Shown here: piece after piece, positions 43,166 to 52,704 of the stretch | Layout of the letters: each line of letters begins with the position of its first letter | Numbering within the stretch: position 1 is the first letter of the stretch | Assembly: GCA_021730945.1 (NCBI GenBank) | Contig: JAKFYH010000049.1 | Location: 19,855 to 83,854, forward strand | Direction: 5' to 3' | DNA length: 64,000 nucleotides | Source: Acidobacteriota bacterium | GTDB taxonomy: Bacteria; Acidobacteriota; Vicinamibacteria; Vicinamibacterales; UBA2999 | Translations under genes and position numbers: made by a program | The notes under the pieces: model-generated | The model's input: the letters and a program-made list of their open reading frames with translations, nothing else | What the model was told of the DNA's origin: nothing | The model's database searches: none

Positions 43166-44047
43166 CTACGGCGTCACCGTCACCCGGACCATGGCAGTGG
43201 TAAAGCAGCACACTTCGCCGCCGCCCCCGCGCCCCGACAGATCCTCGGCATCCAGGTGCAAGACGTATTCGCCCGGTGCGCTGAACCTGGCCAGCACCGT
43301 CGCCTTGCCGTTGAAGACCCCCTCGCCCGCGATTTTCTCAAACACCGGCGGCGTCTTGTCGAAGGTCACGCTGCCGGGGCCGCGATACTTCGACCAGTGC
43401 AGGATCACCGGCGGCGGTGGATTGCGCAGCGGCGCATTCGATCCGCTCGAATACTTCGCATCGTCGGTGGCCCAGACCGGCAACGAGAGTCCGGCCGATA
43501 CCGTGGCCGTGCGGGCGATCGCTTTTGCCAACAGGCCGATGGGCCCCTGGGTGGCCGGTCCCGCCGGGTCGAAGCGGATCAGCGGCGGCTGGTTGCCGAC
43601 TGCGACGTCGTTCCACGGATTCACTTCGTAGGGCTCGTTCATCCAAAACGGCACGCTGTGGGTTTCACCGTTGGCCGTGATCGACCAGGTCAGACGGGCC
43701 TTCCGGTCCACGTCTTTCGGCAGCGTGATGGTGAACGCGCCGACCTGCCGTCCCGGCTGGAACACCGTCGGCTGGCCGAGGTCCGGGCCGCCGGGCTCGA
43801 AGCGGTTGCCGGCGCCAATCGGCACCTCGATGGTCTGCTGGGTGTTGCGATTCAGGTAGCCGATCAGCAAGGTGTGGGTGCCGTCGGCGTTGGTGAACCA
43901 GCCTTCGTACGCCGGCGTAACGCTGGCGCCGGACTTGCGAAAGGGCTCGCTGATCTGCTGCGCCGCGAGCGAAAGGGAAGTGGTCGAGGTCAGGGAGAGG
44001 ACCCCCGCGCCCGCCAGGAGCGCGAGGGTCGGCAGGAATGGACGCAT
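43166..44047 (-). CDS. Secreted hypothetical protein (293 aa)
   Basis: It has a signal peptide (MRPFLPTLALLAGAGVLSL). It lies 2 nt downstream of the cytochrome c gene, so it is probably co-transcribed. Confidence 0.55.
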   Translation of the reverse strand: MRPFLPTLALLAGAGVLSLTSTTSLSLAAQQISEPFRKSGASVTPAYEGWFTNADGTHTLLIGYLNRNTQQTIEVPIGAGNRFEPGGPDLGQPTVFQPGRQVGAFTITLPKDVDRKARLTWSITANGETHSVPFWMNEPYEVNPWNDVAVGNQPPLIRFDPAGPATQGPIGLLAKAIARTATVSAGLSLPVWATDDAKYSSGSNAPLRNPPPPVILHWSKYRGPGSVTFDKTPPVFEKIAGEGVFNGKATVLARFSAPGEYVLHLDAEDLSGRGGGGEVCCFTTAMVRVTVTP

Positions 44048-44049
44048 GG

Positions 44050-45429
<1,380 letters not shown>

Positions 45430-45492
45430 GCGAGCCTCCCCCACCAGTAGGTAGGCGGATTTTGCCATAAATCAGCCTCGCCGTGAGGGGCT

Positions 45493-46002
45493 CTATTGGT
45501 CGCCCAGTGGACCCGTGCCTCCTTTGTATTTGACGTCCTGCAATTGCACACGAATGCCGTCCGGATCGGTGAAATACAGCTCTTTCGTGTTGCCGCGCAG
45601 CCGGATGCTGGCCTTGATGCCCTTGCCGGCGAGGGCCGTGAGCACCGCGTCAGCGTCGAAATTCTCCATGCCGAAGCAGACATGGTTGATGGAGCCGGTG
45701 GTCGCCCCGGCCTGGGCCGGGTAGATGCCGAGAAATCCCGCTCCGGTGCTGAGGTTGATGCCGGGGTCCTGGCGGGTGAGCAGGGGCAGCCCGAACACCC
45801 CCTGGTAGAAGTCCACCGACTTCTGCACGTTGGGCACAAAGACGCTGACATGGTTCATCGACTTGACCGCGCCGATCGGCGAAGTCTGCGCGGCCTGCGC
45901 CGCCGCCCCGGGAGCCGCCACCAGCAGGGCGAGCGCGCCCAGCAAGTCGCGGCGCGTCAGGCGGCCGGATTCGTATTGCTGCAAGAGGCTGTCAAGGTTC
46001 AT
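45493..46002 (-). CDS. Tat-exported VOC (glyoxalase/bleomycin-resistance/dioxygenase) family protein
   Basis: The leader is LTRRDLLGALALLVAAPGAAAQA. The VOC fold blocks are MNHVSVFVPNV and INHVCFGMENFD. Confidence 0.75.
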   Translation of the reverse strand: MNLDSLLQQYESGRLTRRDLLGALALLVAAPGAAAQAAQTSPIGAVKSMNHVSVFVPNVQKSVDFYQGVFGLPLLTRQDPGINLSTGAGFLGIYPAQAGATTGSINHVCFGMENFDADAVLTALAGKGIKASIRLRGNTKELYFTDPDGIRVQLQDVKYKGGTGPLGDQ

Positions 46003-46042
46003 AAGGACTCCTGCGGGGAACGATAGATCACTTGGGGCGGGT

Positions 46043-46128
46043 GTTGAGAGTTGAAAGTTGAAAGTTGAAAGTTGGCAGTTTCAGTTTCAGTTTCAGTTTC
46101 AGTTTCAGTTTCAGTTTCAGTTTCAGTT
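46043..46128. repeat. Left inverted arm: (GTTGARA)x5 followed by (GTTTCA)x8
   Basis: I counted the units directly. It is the reverse complement of the 46671-46762 arm. Confidence 0.9.
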
Positions 46129-46148
46129 GTGAGTGGTGAGTTCACGCC

Positions 46149-46562
46149 TTAGGGTTTGGAGCGGCGGCGGGGGTTCCCCTCTTGCTGTAGCCGGTTGGCG
46201 ACCTTGATCGCGATCGCTGCGAAGATCGCGCACAGCTGGCCGGCTTCATCCTCGGCCGCGGCCAATGGCTCGAATCCGTCGAGCTTCCCGAGCCGAAGCT
46301 TGACCAGGCACATCCGGGACTCCTTCGCTTCCCTCAGCGTGAGTTCGATTTTGTACAGGAAGTCGGCGGTGCTTGAGGCGTCCTCTGCTTCAACCAGATT
46401 GTTCGAAACCGAATCCGCCGCCCGCACCAGCTGACCCCAGACGGTGGCACTCGGAAGGTTGCTGAACTGGCCTGGACACGCCAGATTGACGCTGGTCGTA
46501 AACTTGAGCGCACGCTCCTGCAGAGCGAGGGTTCGCTGGCGGGCTGCGGTTATTGGTTTCAT
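46149..46562 (-). CDS. Four-helix-bundle protein (23S rRNA intervening-sequence protein family)
   Basis: The sequence ERALKFTTSV...VWGQLVRAADSVSNNLVEAEDASSTADFLYKIELTLREAKESRMCL fits the family pattern (QL.RAA.S...NI.EG......DF...L.IA.GS..E). The start is set at ATG 46562. The track ORF to 46736 reads into the repeat arm. Confidence 0.8.
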   Translation of the reverse strand: MKPITAARQRTLALQERALKFTTSVNLACPGQFSNLPSATVWGQLVRAADSVSNNLVEAEDASSTADFLYKIELTLREAKESRMCLVKLRLGKLDGFEPLAAAEDEAGQLCAIFAAIAIKVANRLQQEGNPRRRSKP

Positions 46563-46670
46563 GCTCTGGCATAAAGCAAACCAGGATCCAGCCGAAATCG
46601 CGAGAGAATGGCAGAACCGGCCACCACAGGTACGCACTTTCCGAGCAAGCCGCTGCCGTCCGACTGCGTA

Positions 46671-46762
46671 AAAACTGAAACTGCAACTAGAACTGCAACT
46701 GAAAACTGAAACTGAAACTGAAACTGAAACTGCCAACTTTCAACTGCCCACTTTCAACTCCT
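46671..46762. repeat. Right inverted arm: (CTGAAA/CTGCAA)n ... CTGCCAAC TTTCAAC TGCCCAC TTTCAAC
   Basis: It is the reverse complement of the left arm, with unit-number differences. Confidence 0.9.
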
Positions 46763-47763
46763 TGAAGTTCCTCTGGCTCAGCTTCCACCGTGGTTACGCC
46801 TGCCGCCACAGCGGCGCGTGCTGTTCGTCTGGCTGGCCGATTCCGGTCGAAGTCGAACGCGTCATTCCCATTCGACTACTGGCGGCTCGGCCAGACGCCG
46901 CGTGGCTGGCGCCGGTCGCAGACGCGCCCGATGACGTGGCCGGCACGCTGGCCGTCCGGCCAAATGGCGAGTGCACCTTCTTCCGCCTCCCGACAAGTAG
47001 TTCCCTCCCGACAAGCCGTGCCCTCCCGACAAGCCGTGCCCTCCCGTCAGGCTCCGGCTGTGACGTGTATCCCGCCCGCCCGTCAAGTTGTGCGCATTTC
47101 CCGTTTGTCTGCCTGATCGATCCGCGCGGCGTGCACGTCACCTTGTCGCACTACTGCCCGACGGCGGCCGCGATGCTGGTTGCGCACGACGGGCCGGTCG
47201 AGATCGTCGAAGGCCCGTCTCCGGTCGCCGGTTTCGAGATCCCGGAAGGACTTGACGCGCGCGAGTCGTTGCCACCCCTCGTCGCCGACGGCCCGGCGAG
47301 CGGCGCAGTGCCGCGTCTCATGTCGTGGGACGAGTTCAGCGCGTGGGAGCGAGCGGCGATCGGTGCCGGCGCGGTGACCGCTGATCCGCCGGCGATTGCG
47401 CTCTTTGCGCAGGCGCGCGCGGCGGTGCCGGCACCGTGGTCGTGGGCCGAAGCGCCCGCCGATCTCGAGCGCACCTGGCGGGCGCTGGTGGCGCCGGCCT
47501 GGTCCGTGCTGGCGCCGGTGGCAGAACGCTATCGCGCCGCCAAGGTGTTTGCGTCGTGGGCCGCCTACACCGACGAAGGCCTGGCGGCCGTGCTGCGGGT
47601 GGCCGACATCGCCGATGCGGTGCTGAAGGTCGAGGCGGTTCGTCAATGCGCGACCGCCGGCCGGGTGCTTGATGTCGAGCTGCTCACGGCAGCCATCCGG
47701 CAAAGCGACCTGCTGCTCGTTCATTACGCCGACGGCTGGGTGCTATCATCCGGCGCATTGTGA
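46762..47763 (+). CDS. YkgJ-like cysteine-cluster (CxxCxxCC-type) protein with C-terminal extension and internal 6-aa repeat
   Basis: The N-terminal motif is ACRHSGACCSSGW. Further on come CTFF and CDVYPARPSSCAHFPF. An 18-bp in-frame repeat lies at 46987-47058. The TTG start comes from the track and is uncertain. Confidence 0.6.
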   Translation: MKFLWLSFHRGYACRHSGACCSSGWPIPVEVERVIPIRLLAARPDAAWLAPVADAPDDVAGTLAVRPNGECTFFRLPTSSSLPTSRALPTSRALPSGSGCDVYPARPSSCAHFPFVCLIDPRGVHVTLSHYCPTAAAMLVAHDGPVEIVEGPSPVAGFEIPEGLDARESLPPLVADGPASGAVPRLMSWDEFSAWERAAIGAGAVTADPPAIALFAQARAAVPAPWSWAEAPADLERTWRALVAPAWSVLAPVAERYRAAKVFASWAAYTDEGLAAVLRVADIADAVLKVEAVRQCATAGRVLDVELLTAAIRQSDLLLVHYADGWVLSSGAL

Positions 47764-49667
47764 TGAGTGCGTGCCGGATCGCGATCGCCGTTGTTCTGCT
47801 CACCGCCCTCGGCCAGGCGCAAGCGCCGCGCTTCGACCTGATCGTGCGTCACGGCACCATCGTCGATGGCACCGGCAATCCGCGCTACGACGCCGACATC
47901 GGCGTGCGCAACGGGTTCATCGTCGCGATCGGCGACTTGGCCGGGGCGAGCGCCGGGACCGAGATCGAGGCGCGCGGGCTGTTCGTCACACCCGGCTTCA
48001 TCAACATTCACAGCCATGCGTCGCCGGATGCGCTGCCGACCGCCGCCAACATGCTGACGCAGGGGGTCACCACCGAGATCTTCAACGCCGACGGCAACGG
48101 CCCGCTCGACCTCGAGCACCAGATGGCCGTACTCGCCGCGCCGGGGCTGGCTGTCAACATCGGCGGCTACATCGGCTTCAACGCCGTGTGGCAGTCGGTG
48201 AACGGTGCCGCCGACAAGCGCCCGACCCCGGCCGAGATCGAGCAGATGCGCGCGCTCGTGGCCAGGGGGCTCGAGCAGGGGGCCTGGGGCGTGTCGGCCG
48301 GCCTCGACTACAAGCCCGGCTACTTTGCCCGCACCGAAGAGGTGATCAAGGTGGTCGAGGTCGCGCGATCGGCGCGCACCAACTTCACCAATCACGATCG
48401 GATTACTCCCGAGTCGAACTACAGCTCGAAGGCCGGCGTGGCCGAGACCGTCGCCATCGGCCAGAAGTCGGGGCTGGTGCCGGTGGTCACGCACATGAAG
48501 GCGCAGGGCATCGAGCAGGGAACGGCCGGCGCCCTGCTCGCCTCGATGGACGAGGCGACCCGGCGCGGTGCCTACACCGCGGCCGATGCCTATCCGTATC
48601 TCGCCGGGCAGTCGGGACTCGGTTCGCTGATCATTCCCGGCTGGGCGCAAGAGGGCGGCCGCGGCGCCATGCTCAAGCGCTTTGCCGATCCGGTCCAGCG
48701 CGCGCGAATCATCACCGAGGCGGAGCAGACGATGGCGGCGCGCTTCGGCGGGCCGCGCGGCGTCTACCTGCCGCGCACACAGCAGGAGCTGACCGCGGTG
48801 ATGCAGGAGATGAACGCGGGTGGCGGCGAGACCATCCTGAGGATTCTTGAGACCGGCGACCCGGGCGCCATCCTGCGCTTCGGCGCCGAGGCCGATCTCA
48901 TCAAGATCCTCCAGCATCCCGCCACGTCGATGGCGTGCGACTGCGGCGCGTCCACTGCCACGCGCGTGCACCCGCGTTTCTACGGCTCGTTCCCGCGCGT
49001 GCTCGGCCGCTACGTCCGCGAGCAGAAAATCATGTCGTGGGAAGAGGCGATCCGCAAATCGTCCGGCCTGCCGGCGGCCACCATCGGCCTGATCGATCGT
49101 GGCCTGCTGGCGGTCGGCATGGCGGCGGATCTCGTGGTGCTCAATCCCGCGGCCGTGATCGATCGCGCCACCTACGAAGAGCCGGCGTTGACGTCGGTCG
49201 GCATCGAGTTTGTCGTCGTGAATGGCACGGTGGCACTGGCGGAAGGGAAGCCGACGGGCGATCACGGTGGGCGCGCGTTGTTGCGTGGACCGAACATGCC
49301 CAGTCGGCCGATGACCGCCGGCGCGCGGAGTGTGTCTGCTGGTCTCAAGTTCGCCAACACGCCGACCGTGATTGATATCGATGTCACGCAGCGGGCCGGC
49401 GCGCGCCGCGCCAGTGGCCGGGTGGCGTTGGGCCTGCCGGAAGGCCGGCTGTCGATGACCGCCTCCCAACTGGGTGTACTCCAGACGGCACCGGGCTGGG
49501 CCGGCGTCACCGGTGTCGGGACTTTCACCGACGGCACCGAGCGCGCTTTTGTGGCCACCATCGATCAACATGAGGCGCCGCGAAGCATGGCGATGCTCAC
49601 GATGACGGTTGAAGGCGAGCAGATCTGGCGCGCGGCGATCACCCTCAACCGGATCACAGCCCCATGA
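47760..49667 (+). CDS. Secreted D-aminoacylase (N-acyl-D-amino-acid deacylase) family amidohydrolase with C-terminal extension
   Basis: The N-terminus is FDLIVRHGTIVDGTGNPRYDADIGVRNGFIVAIGDL followed by TPGFINIHSHA. It has a signal peptide. Confidence 0.8.
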   Translation: MMSACRIAIAVVLLTALGQAQAPRFDLIVRHGTIVDGTGNPRYDADIGVRNGFIVAIGDLAGASAGTEIEARGLFVTPGFINIHSHASPDALPTAANMLTQGVTTEIFNADGNGPLDLEHQMAVLAAPGLAVNIGGYIGFNAVWQSVNGAADKRPTPAEIEQMRALVARGLEQGAWGVSAGLDYKPGYFARTEEVIKVVEVARSARTNFTNHDRITPESNYSSKAGVAETVAIGQKSGLVPVVTHMKAQGIEQGTAGALLASMDEATRRGAYTAADAYPYLAGQSGLGSLIIPGWAQEGGRGAMLKRFADPVQRARIITEAEQTMAARFGGPRGVYLPRTQQELTAVMQEMNAGGGETILRILETGDPGAILRFGAEADLIKILQHPATSMACDCGASTATRVHPRFYGSFPRVLGRYVREQKIMSWEEAIRKSSGLPAATIGLIDRGLLAVGMAADLVVLNPAAVIDRATYEEPALTSVGIEFVVVNGTVALAEGKPTGDHGGRALLRGPNMPSRPMTAGARSVSAGLKFANTPTVIDIDVTQRAGARRASGRVALGLPEGRLSMTASQLGVLQTAPGWAGVTGVGTFTDGTERAFVATIDQHEAPRSMAMLTMTVEGEQIWRAAITLNRITAP

Positions 49668-50107
49668 GAGAGAACGACACCGTCAGGCAGATGCTGCTCG
49701 GTATTTTCCTGGTCGGTGCTGGCGGCATCGCGGCCGAGCTGTGGCTGCTCGGGCACTACGAGGAGCTGGACCAGATCATTCCGCTGGGCCTGGCGGCCGC
49801 CGGCACCATCGCCATCCTGGCGTCGGCTTTCCGGCCCACCGCGGCCACGGTGCGCGCGCTGCAGGCCATCATGCTGATGTTCGTGGTGAGCGGCCTGGTC
49901 GGCGTATGGTTTCACTACCGGGCGACCACCGAATTTCAGCTCGAGATGGACCCGTCGCTCAGCGGCTGGGCGCTGTTTCGCAAGGCGATTGTCGCCAAGG
50001 CGCCGCCGGCGCTGGCGCCGGGGGCGATGATTCAACTCGGCCTGATTGGGCTAGCCTATACGTTCAAGCACCCCGCGCTTCGGGGGCAGACCCCGAAAGG
50101 GGATTAA
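49664..50107 (+). CDS. Small integral membrane protein (4 predicted TM)
   Basis: It has an ATGA overlap with the D-aminoacylase stop. It has four hydrophobic segments. Confidence 0.55.
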   Translation: MRENDTVRQMLLGIFLVGAGGIAAELWLLGHYEELDQIIPLGLAAAGTIAILASAFRPTAATVRALQAIMLMFVVSGLVGVWFHYRATTEFQLEMDPSLSGWALFRKAIVAKAPPALAPGAMIQLGLIGLAYTFKHPALRGQTPKGD

Positions 50108-50136
50108 CCGTGGGGTCAACCCCTCTGGAGTTCACC

Positions 50137-50763
50137 ATGTTTCGCACCATCGTCTTTTTGCTCGCGCTCGTCGTCGCCGTCCCCGGGTTCGCCCAGGTCG
50201 GCAAGTCGCTCGGCGTCGTCGATGCCAACACCGTGGCCGAGGCCGATCTCGCCAAGATGCCGGGCATGACGCCGGCTCTCGCCAAGGCGGTGGTGGCCGC
50301 CCGGCCGTTCGACAGCATCGTCGCCTTCAACACGTTCCTGCTCGGCCAGAAGCTGACGCAGGAGCAGGCCAACGAGCTCTACAAGAGCGCCTTCATCCAC
50401 ATCAACCTGAACACCGCCACCGGCGAGGAGATTCTGCTCGTGCCCGGCGCCGGCAAGCGGATGGCGCGCGAGTTTGCCGAGTACCGGCCGTGGAAGTCGT
50501 ACGCGCAGTTCGACAAGGAAATCGGCAAGTACGTGGACGCCAAGGAAGTAGCGCGGCTGGCGCAGTACACTTTCATCCCGGTCAACATCAACACCGCGAC
50601 TGATGCCGATGTGCTGAGCATTCCCGGCGCCGGCGCCCGCATGGTGCGCGAGTTCAAGGAATACCGCCCGTGGAAGGCGCAGGCGCAGTTCGAGAAAGAG
50701 ATCGGCAAGTATGTCGACGCCAAGGAAGTGAAACGCCTCTGGCGCTACGTCACGATCCAGTAG
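50137..50763 (+). CDS. Secreted protein with three helix-hairpin-helix (ComEA-like) repeats
   Basis: The start is ATG 50137 (MFRTIVFLLALVVAVPGFAQ). The repeat NTAT..E.LL.PGAG.RMAREF.EYRPW...AQF.KEIGKYVDAKEV.RL occurs twice, after a related first copy. Confidence 0.7.
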   Translation: MFRTIVFLLALVVAVPGFAQVGKSLGVVDANTVAEADLAKMPGMTPALAKAVVAARPFDSIVAFNTFLLGQKLTQEQANELYKSAFIHINLNTATGEEILLVPGAGKRMAREFAEYRPWKSYAQFDKEIGKYVDAKEVARLAQYTFIPVNINTATDADVLSIPGAGARMVREFKEYRPWKAQAQFEKEIGKYVDAKEVKRLWRYVTIQ

Positions 50764-50773
50764 GACGCCGGCG

Positions 50774-51223
50774 ATGTTCACCAACCGCGCGAAGACCGTC
50801 CCCGAATACCTCGCGGGGTTGCCGGCCGACCGCAGGAAGCTGGTGAGCGCCACCCGGGCGCTGGTGCGCAAGCACCTGCCGAAGGGCTACAAGGAAGAAA
50901 TCGGCTGGGGCGCCATCACCTGGGTGGTGCCCCTGTCGAAGTTCCCCGACACCTACAACAAGCAACCGCTCTGCTACGTCGCGCTGGCGGCGCAGAAGCG
51001 ATACGTGTCGCTCTACTTGATGATGGCCTACGGCAATCCGAAGCAGTACGCCTGGCTGAAGGATCAGTTCAAGCAGGCCGGCCAGAAGATGGACATGGGC
51101 AAGTCCTGCCTGCACTTCAACAGCCTCGACGATATTCCGGTCGACGCCGTCGCGAAGCTGATTGGCAGCCACACGCCGGCGCAGTGGATCGCGATTTACC
51201 AGAAGAGCCGGAAGAAAAGGTAG
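50774..51223 (+). CDS. DUF1801 (YdhG-like) domain protein
   Basis: The sequence VPEYLAGLPADRRKLVSATRALVRKHLPKGYKEEIGWGAITW is typical of the family. Confidence 0.7.
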   Translation: MFTNRAKTVPEYLAGLPADRRKLVSATRALVRKHLPKGYKEEIGWGAITWVVPLSKFPDTYNKQPLCYVALAAQKRYVSLYLMMAYGNPKQYAWLKDQFKQAGQKMDMGKSCLHFNSLDDIPVDAVAKLIGSHTPAQWIAIYQKSRKKR

Positions 51224-51230
51224 CGACGCC

Positions 51231-51794
51231 ATGTCCACCAGCGCCCGGCCCGACTCTCGCCTTACCTACGACGACTTCCTGCTGTTCCCGGACGATGGGC
51301 AACGGCACGAGCTCATTGGCGGGGAGCACTACGTAACTCCCTCACGCAATCGGCGTCACCAACAGCTATTGGGACGGCTCTATCTGGCCGTGGCTGACTG
51401 CCTTCGCGTGGACCCCGCACTCGGCGAGGTGTACTTCGCCCCGTTTGATGTCATCTTTTCGAAATGGGACATCGTCGAGCCCGATCTGCTCTTCGTCGCC
51501 GGTGACCAGTTGGGCATTCTCACCGAGAAGAACATCGTCGGCGCACCCGCGTTGGTCGTTGAAATCCTGTCGCCGTCCACGCGGCGCCGCGATCAGCAGC
51601 TTAAACGTCAACTCTTCGAGGTTGGCGGCGTACGCGAGTACTGGATGGTCGACCCGGATCTCGAGACTGTCGCGGTCGAGCGTCGTGATGAGACGGGACG
51701 GTTCTCGAGCGCAATCCCGATCGTCGATGCGACGCTCACCACACCACTGTTGCCGGGATTGACACTCCGGCTGGACCAGCTGTTCGCCCCATGA
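51231..51794 (+). CDS. Uma2 family (DUF820) PD-(D/E)XK endonuclease-like protein
   Basis: The start is ATG 51231. The sequence YDDFLLFPDDGQRHELIGGEHYVTPS...VEPDLLFV...PALVVEILSPST....D...K...Y...GV.EYWMVDP matches the family. Confidence 0.8.
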   Translation: MSTSARPDSRLTYDDFLLFPDDGQRHELIGGEHYVTPSRNRRHQQLLGRLYLAVADCLRVDPALGEVYFAPFDVIFSKWDIVEPDLLFVAGDQLGILTEKNIVGAPALVVEILSPSTRRRDQQLKRQLFEVGGVREYWMVDPDLETVAVERRDETGRFSSAIPIVDATLTTPLLPGLTLRLDQLFAP

Positions 51795-52282
51795 AACTGA
51801 TTCCCCTGTTCGTCTTCAATCGCCACGGCCAGCTCGTCGGGCCGCTCTCCATTCCCCGGATCGAGAAGAGCGATGCCGAGTGGCAGGACGTGCTCACGCC
51901 CGAGCAATTCGCGGTCGCCCGCGCGCACGGCACCGAGCGGCCGTTCTGCGGCACCTTGCTCGACAACAAGCGCTCCGGCGTCTACTCGTGCATCTGCTGC
52001 GGATTGCCGCTGTTCTCGTCGAACGCCAAGTTCGAGTCGGGCACCGGCTGGCCGAGCTTCTTCCAGCCGATTGCCGACGAGAACGTGACCACGATTACCG
52101 ATCGCAGCTACGGCATGGTGCGGGTGGAGATTCTCTGCGCGCGCTGTGACTGCCACCTCGGGCACGTGTTTCCCGACGGCCCGAAGCCGACCGGCCAGCG
52201 TCACTGCGTCAACTCGGAGTCGCTGAAGTTTACCGACGACGACCGGCTGGCGCTGCTGGCTGATCCCGCCACCGATCTGTAG
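51791..52282 (+). CDS. msrB: Peptide-methionine (R)-S-oxide reductase
   Basis: The motifs are CICCGLPLFSSNAKFESGTGWPSF and CARCDCHLGHVFPDGP.PTGQRHCVNS. It has an ATGA overlap with the Uma2 gene. Confidence 0.9.
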   Translation: MKLIPLFVFNRHGQLVGPLSIPRIEKSDAEWQDVLTPEQFAVARAHGTERPFCGTLLDNKRSGVYSCICCGLPLFSSNAKFESGTGWPSFFQPIADENVTTITDRSYGMVRVEILCARCDCHLGHVFPDGPKPTGQRHCVNSESLKFTDDDRLALLADPATDL

Positions 52283-52319
52283 CGAGGCACGTGTAGCGAG
52301 GCACCCGCTGCGGGTTGCC

Positions 52320-52688
52320 CTACAGGCCCGCCGCAATCGGATGCTTCGGCTCGTACATCATCACCCTGCAATTACCCGGCAGGTTCAGCGTCACGGTGAT
52401 GCCGTAGCGCTCTTCCTTCCGATCGTCGAGCACTTCAACGCCTTTGCCTTTCAGGTCGGCGATGGTCTCGTCGATCTTGTCGCACATGAACGTGAACTGG
52501 TGGCGGGTGCCAGAATCCCACGTTGGGCCTTCGTCGGGGTGGATGCCCATCTCCGCCGGTGGCAGCGCGAAGATCAACCAGCCGTGGCCGGCGTCAACAT
52601 ACTTGAAGTCGAACACATCGCGCAGCATCGCGCGAAGGTCCTCGGGCTTCGACGTGTAGAGCAAGACGTGCGAGCCGTTGATTGCCAT
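52320..52688 (-). CDS. VOC/glyoxalase-like small protein
   Basis: The start is ATG 52688 (MAINGSHVLLYT...). It is a 122-aa single VOC module. Confidence 0.6.
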   Translation of the reverse strand: MAINGSHVLLYTSKPEDLRAMLRDVFDFKYVDAGHGWLIFALPPAEMGIHPDEGPTWDSGTRHQFTFMCDKIDETIADLKGKGVEVLDDRKEERYGITVTLNLPGNCRVMMYEPKHPIAAGL

Positions 52689-52704
52689 CAATCCCCCTTG
52701 TGAA

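Noticed and set aside
50774-52282. Toxin-antitoxin or defence pair formed by the DUF1801, Uma2 and MsrB genes
   Set aside because: Uma2 (DUF820) proteins are widespread single genes. Overlap with msrB by ATGA only shows co-transcription. No antitoxin-like small DNA-binding partner is present.
52283-52319. Intrinsic terminator between msrB and the convergent VOC gene (direct GTAGCGAGGCAC x2, then ACCCG-CTG-CGGGT)
   Set aside because: The stem is only 5 bp with no clear U-tract. That is too weak to annotate as a terminator.
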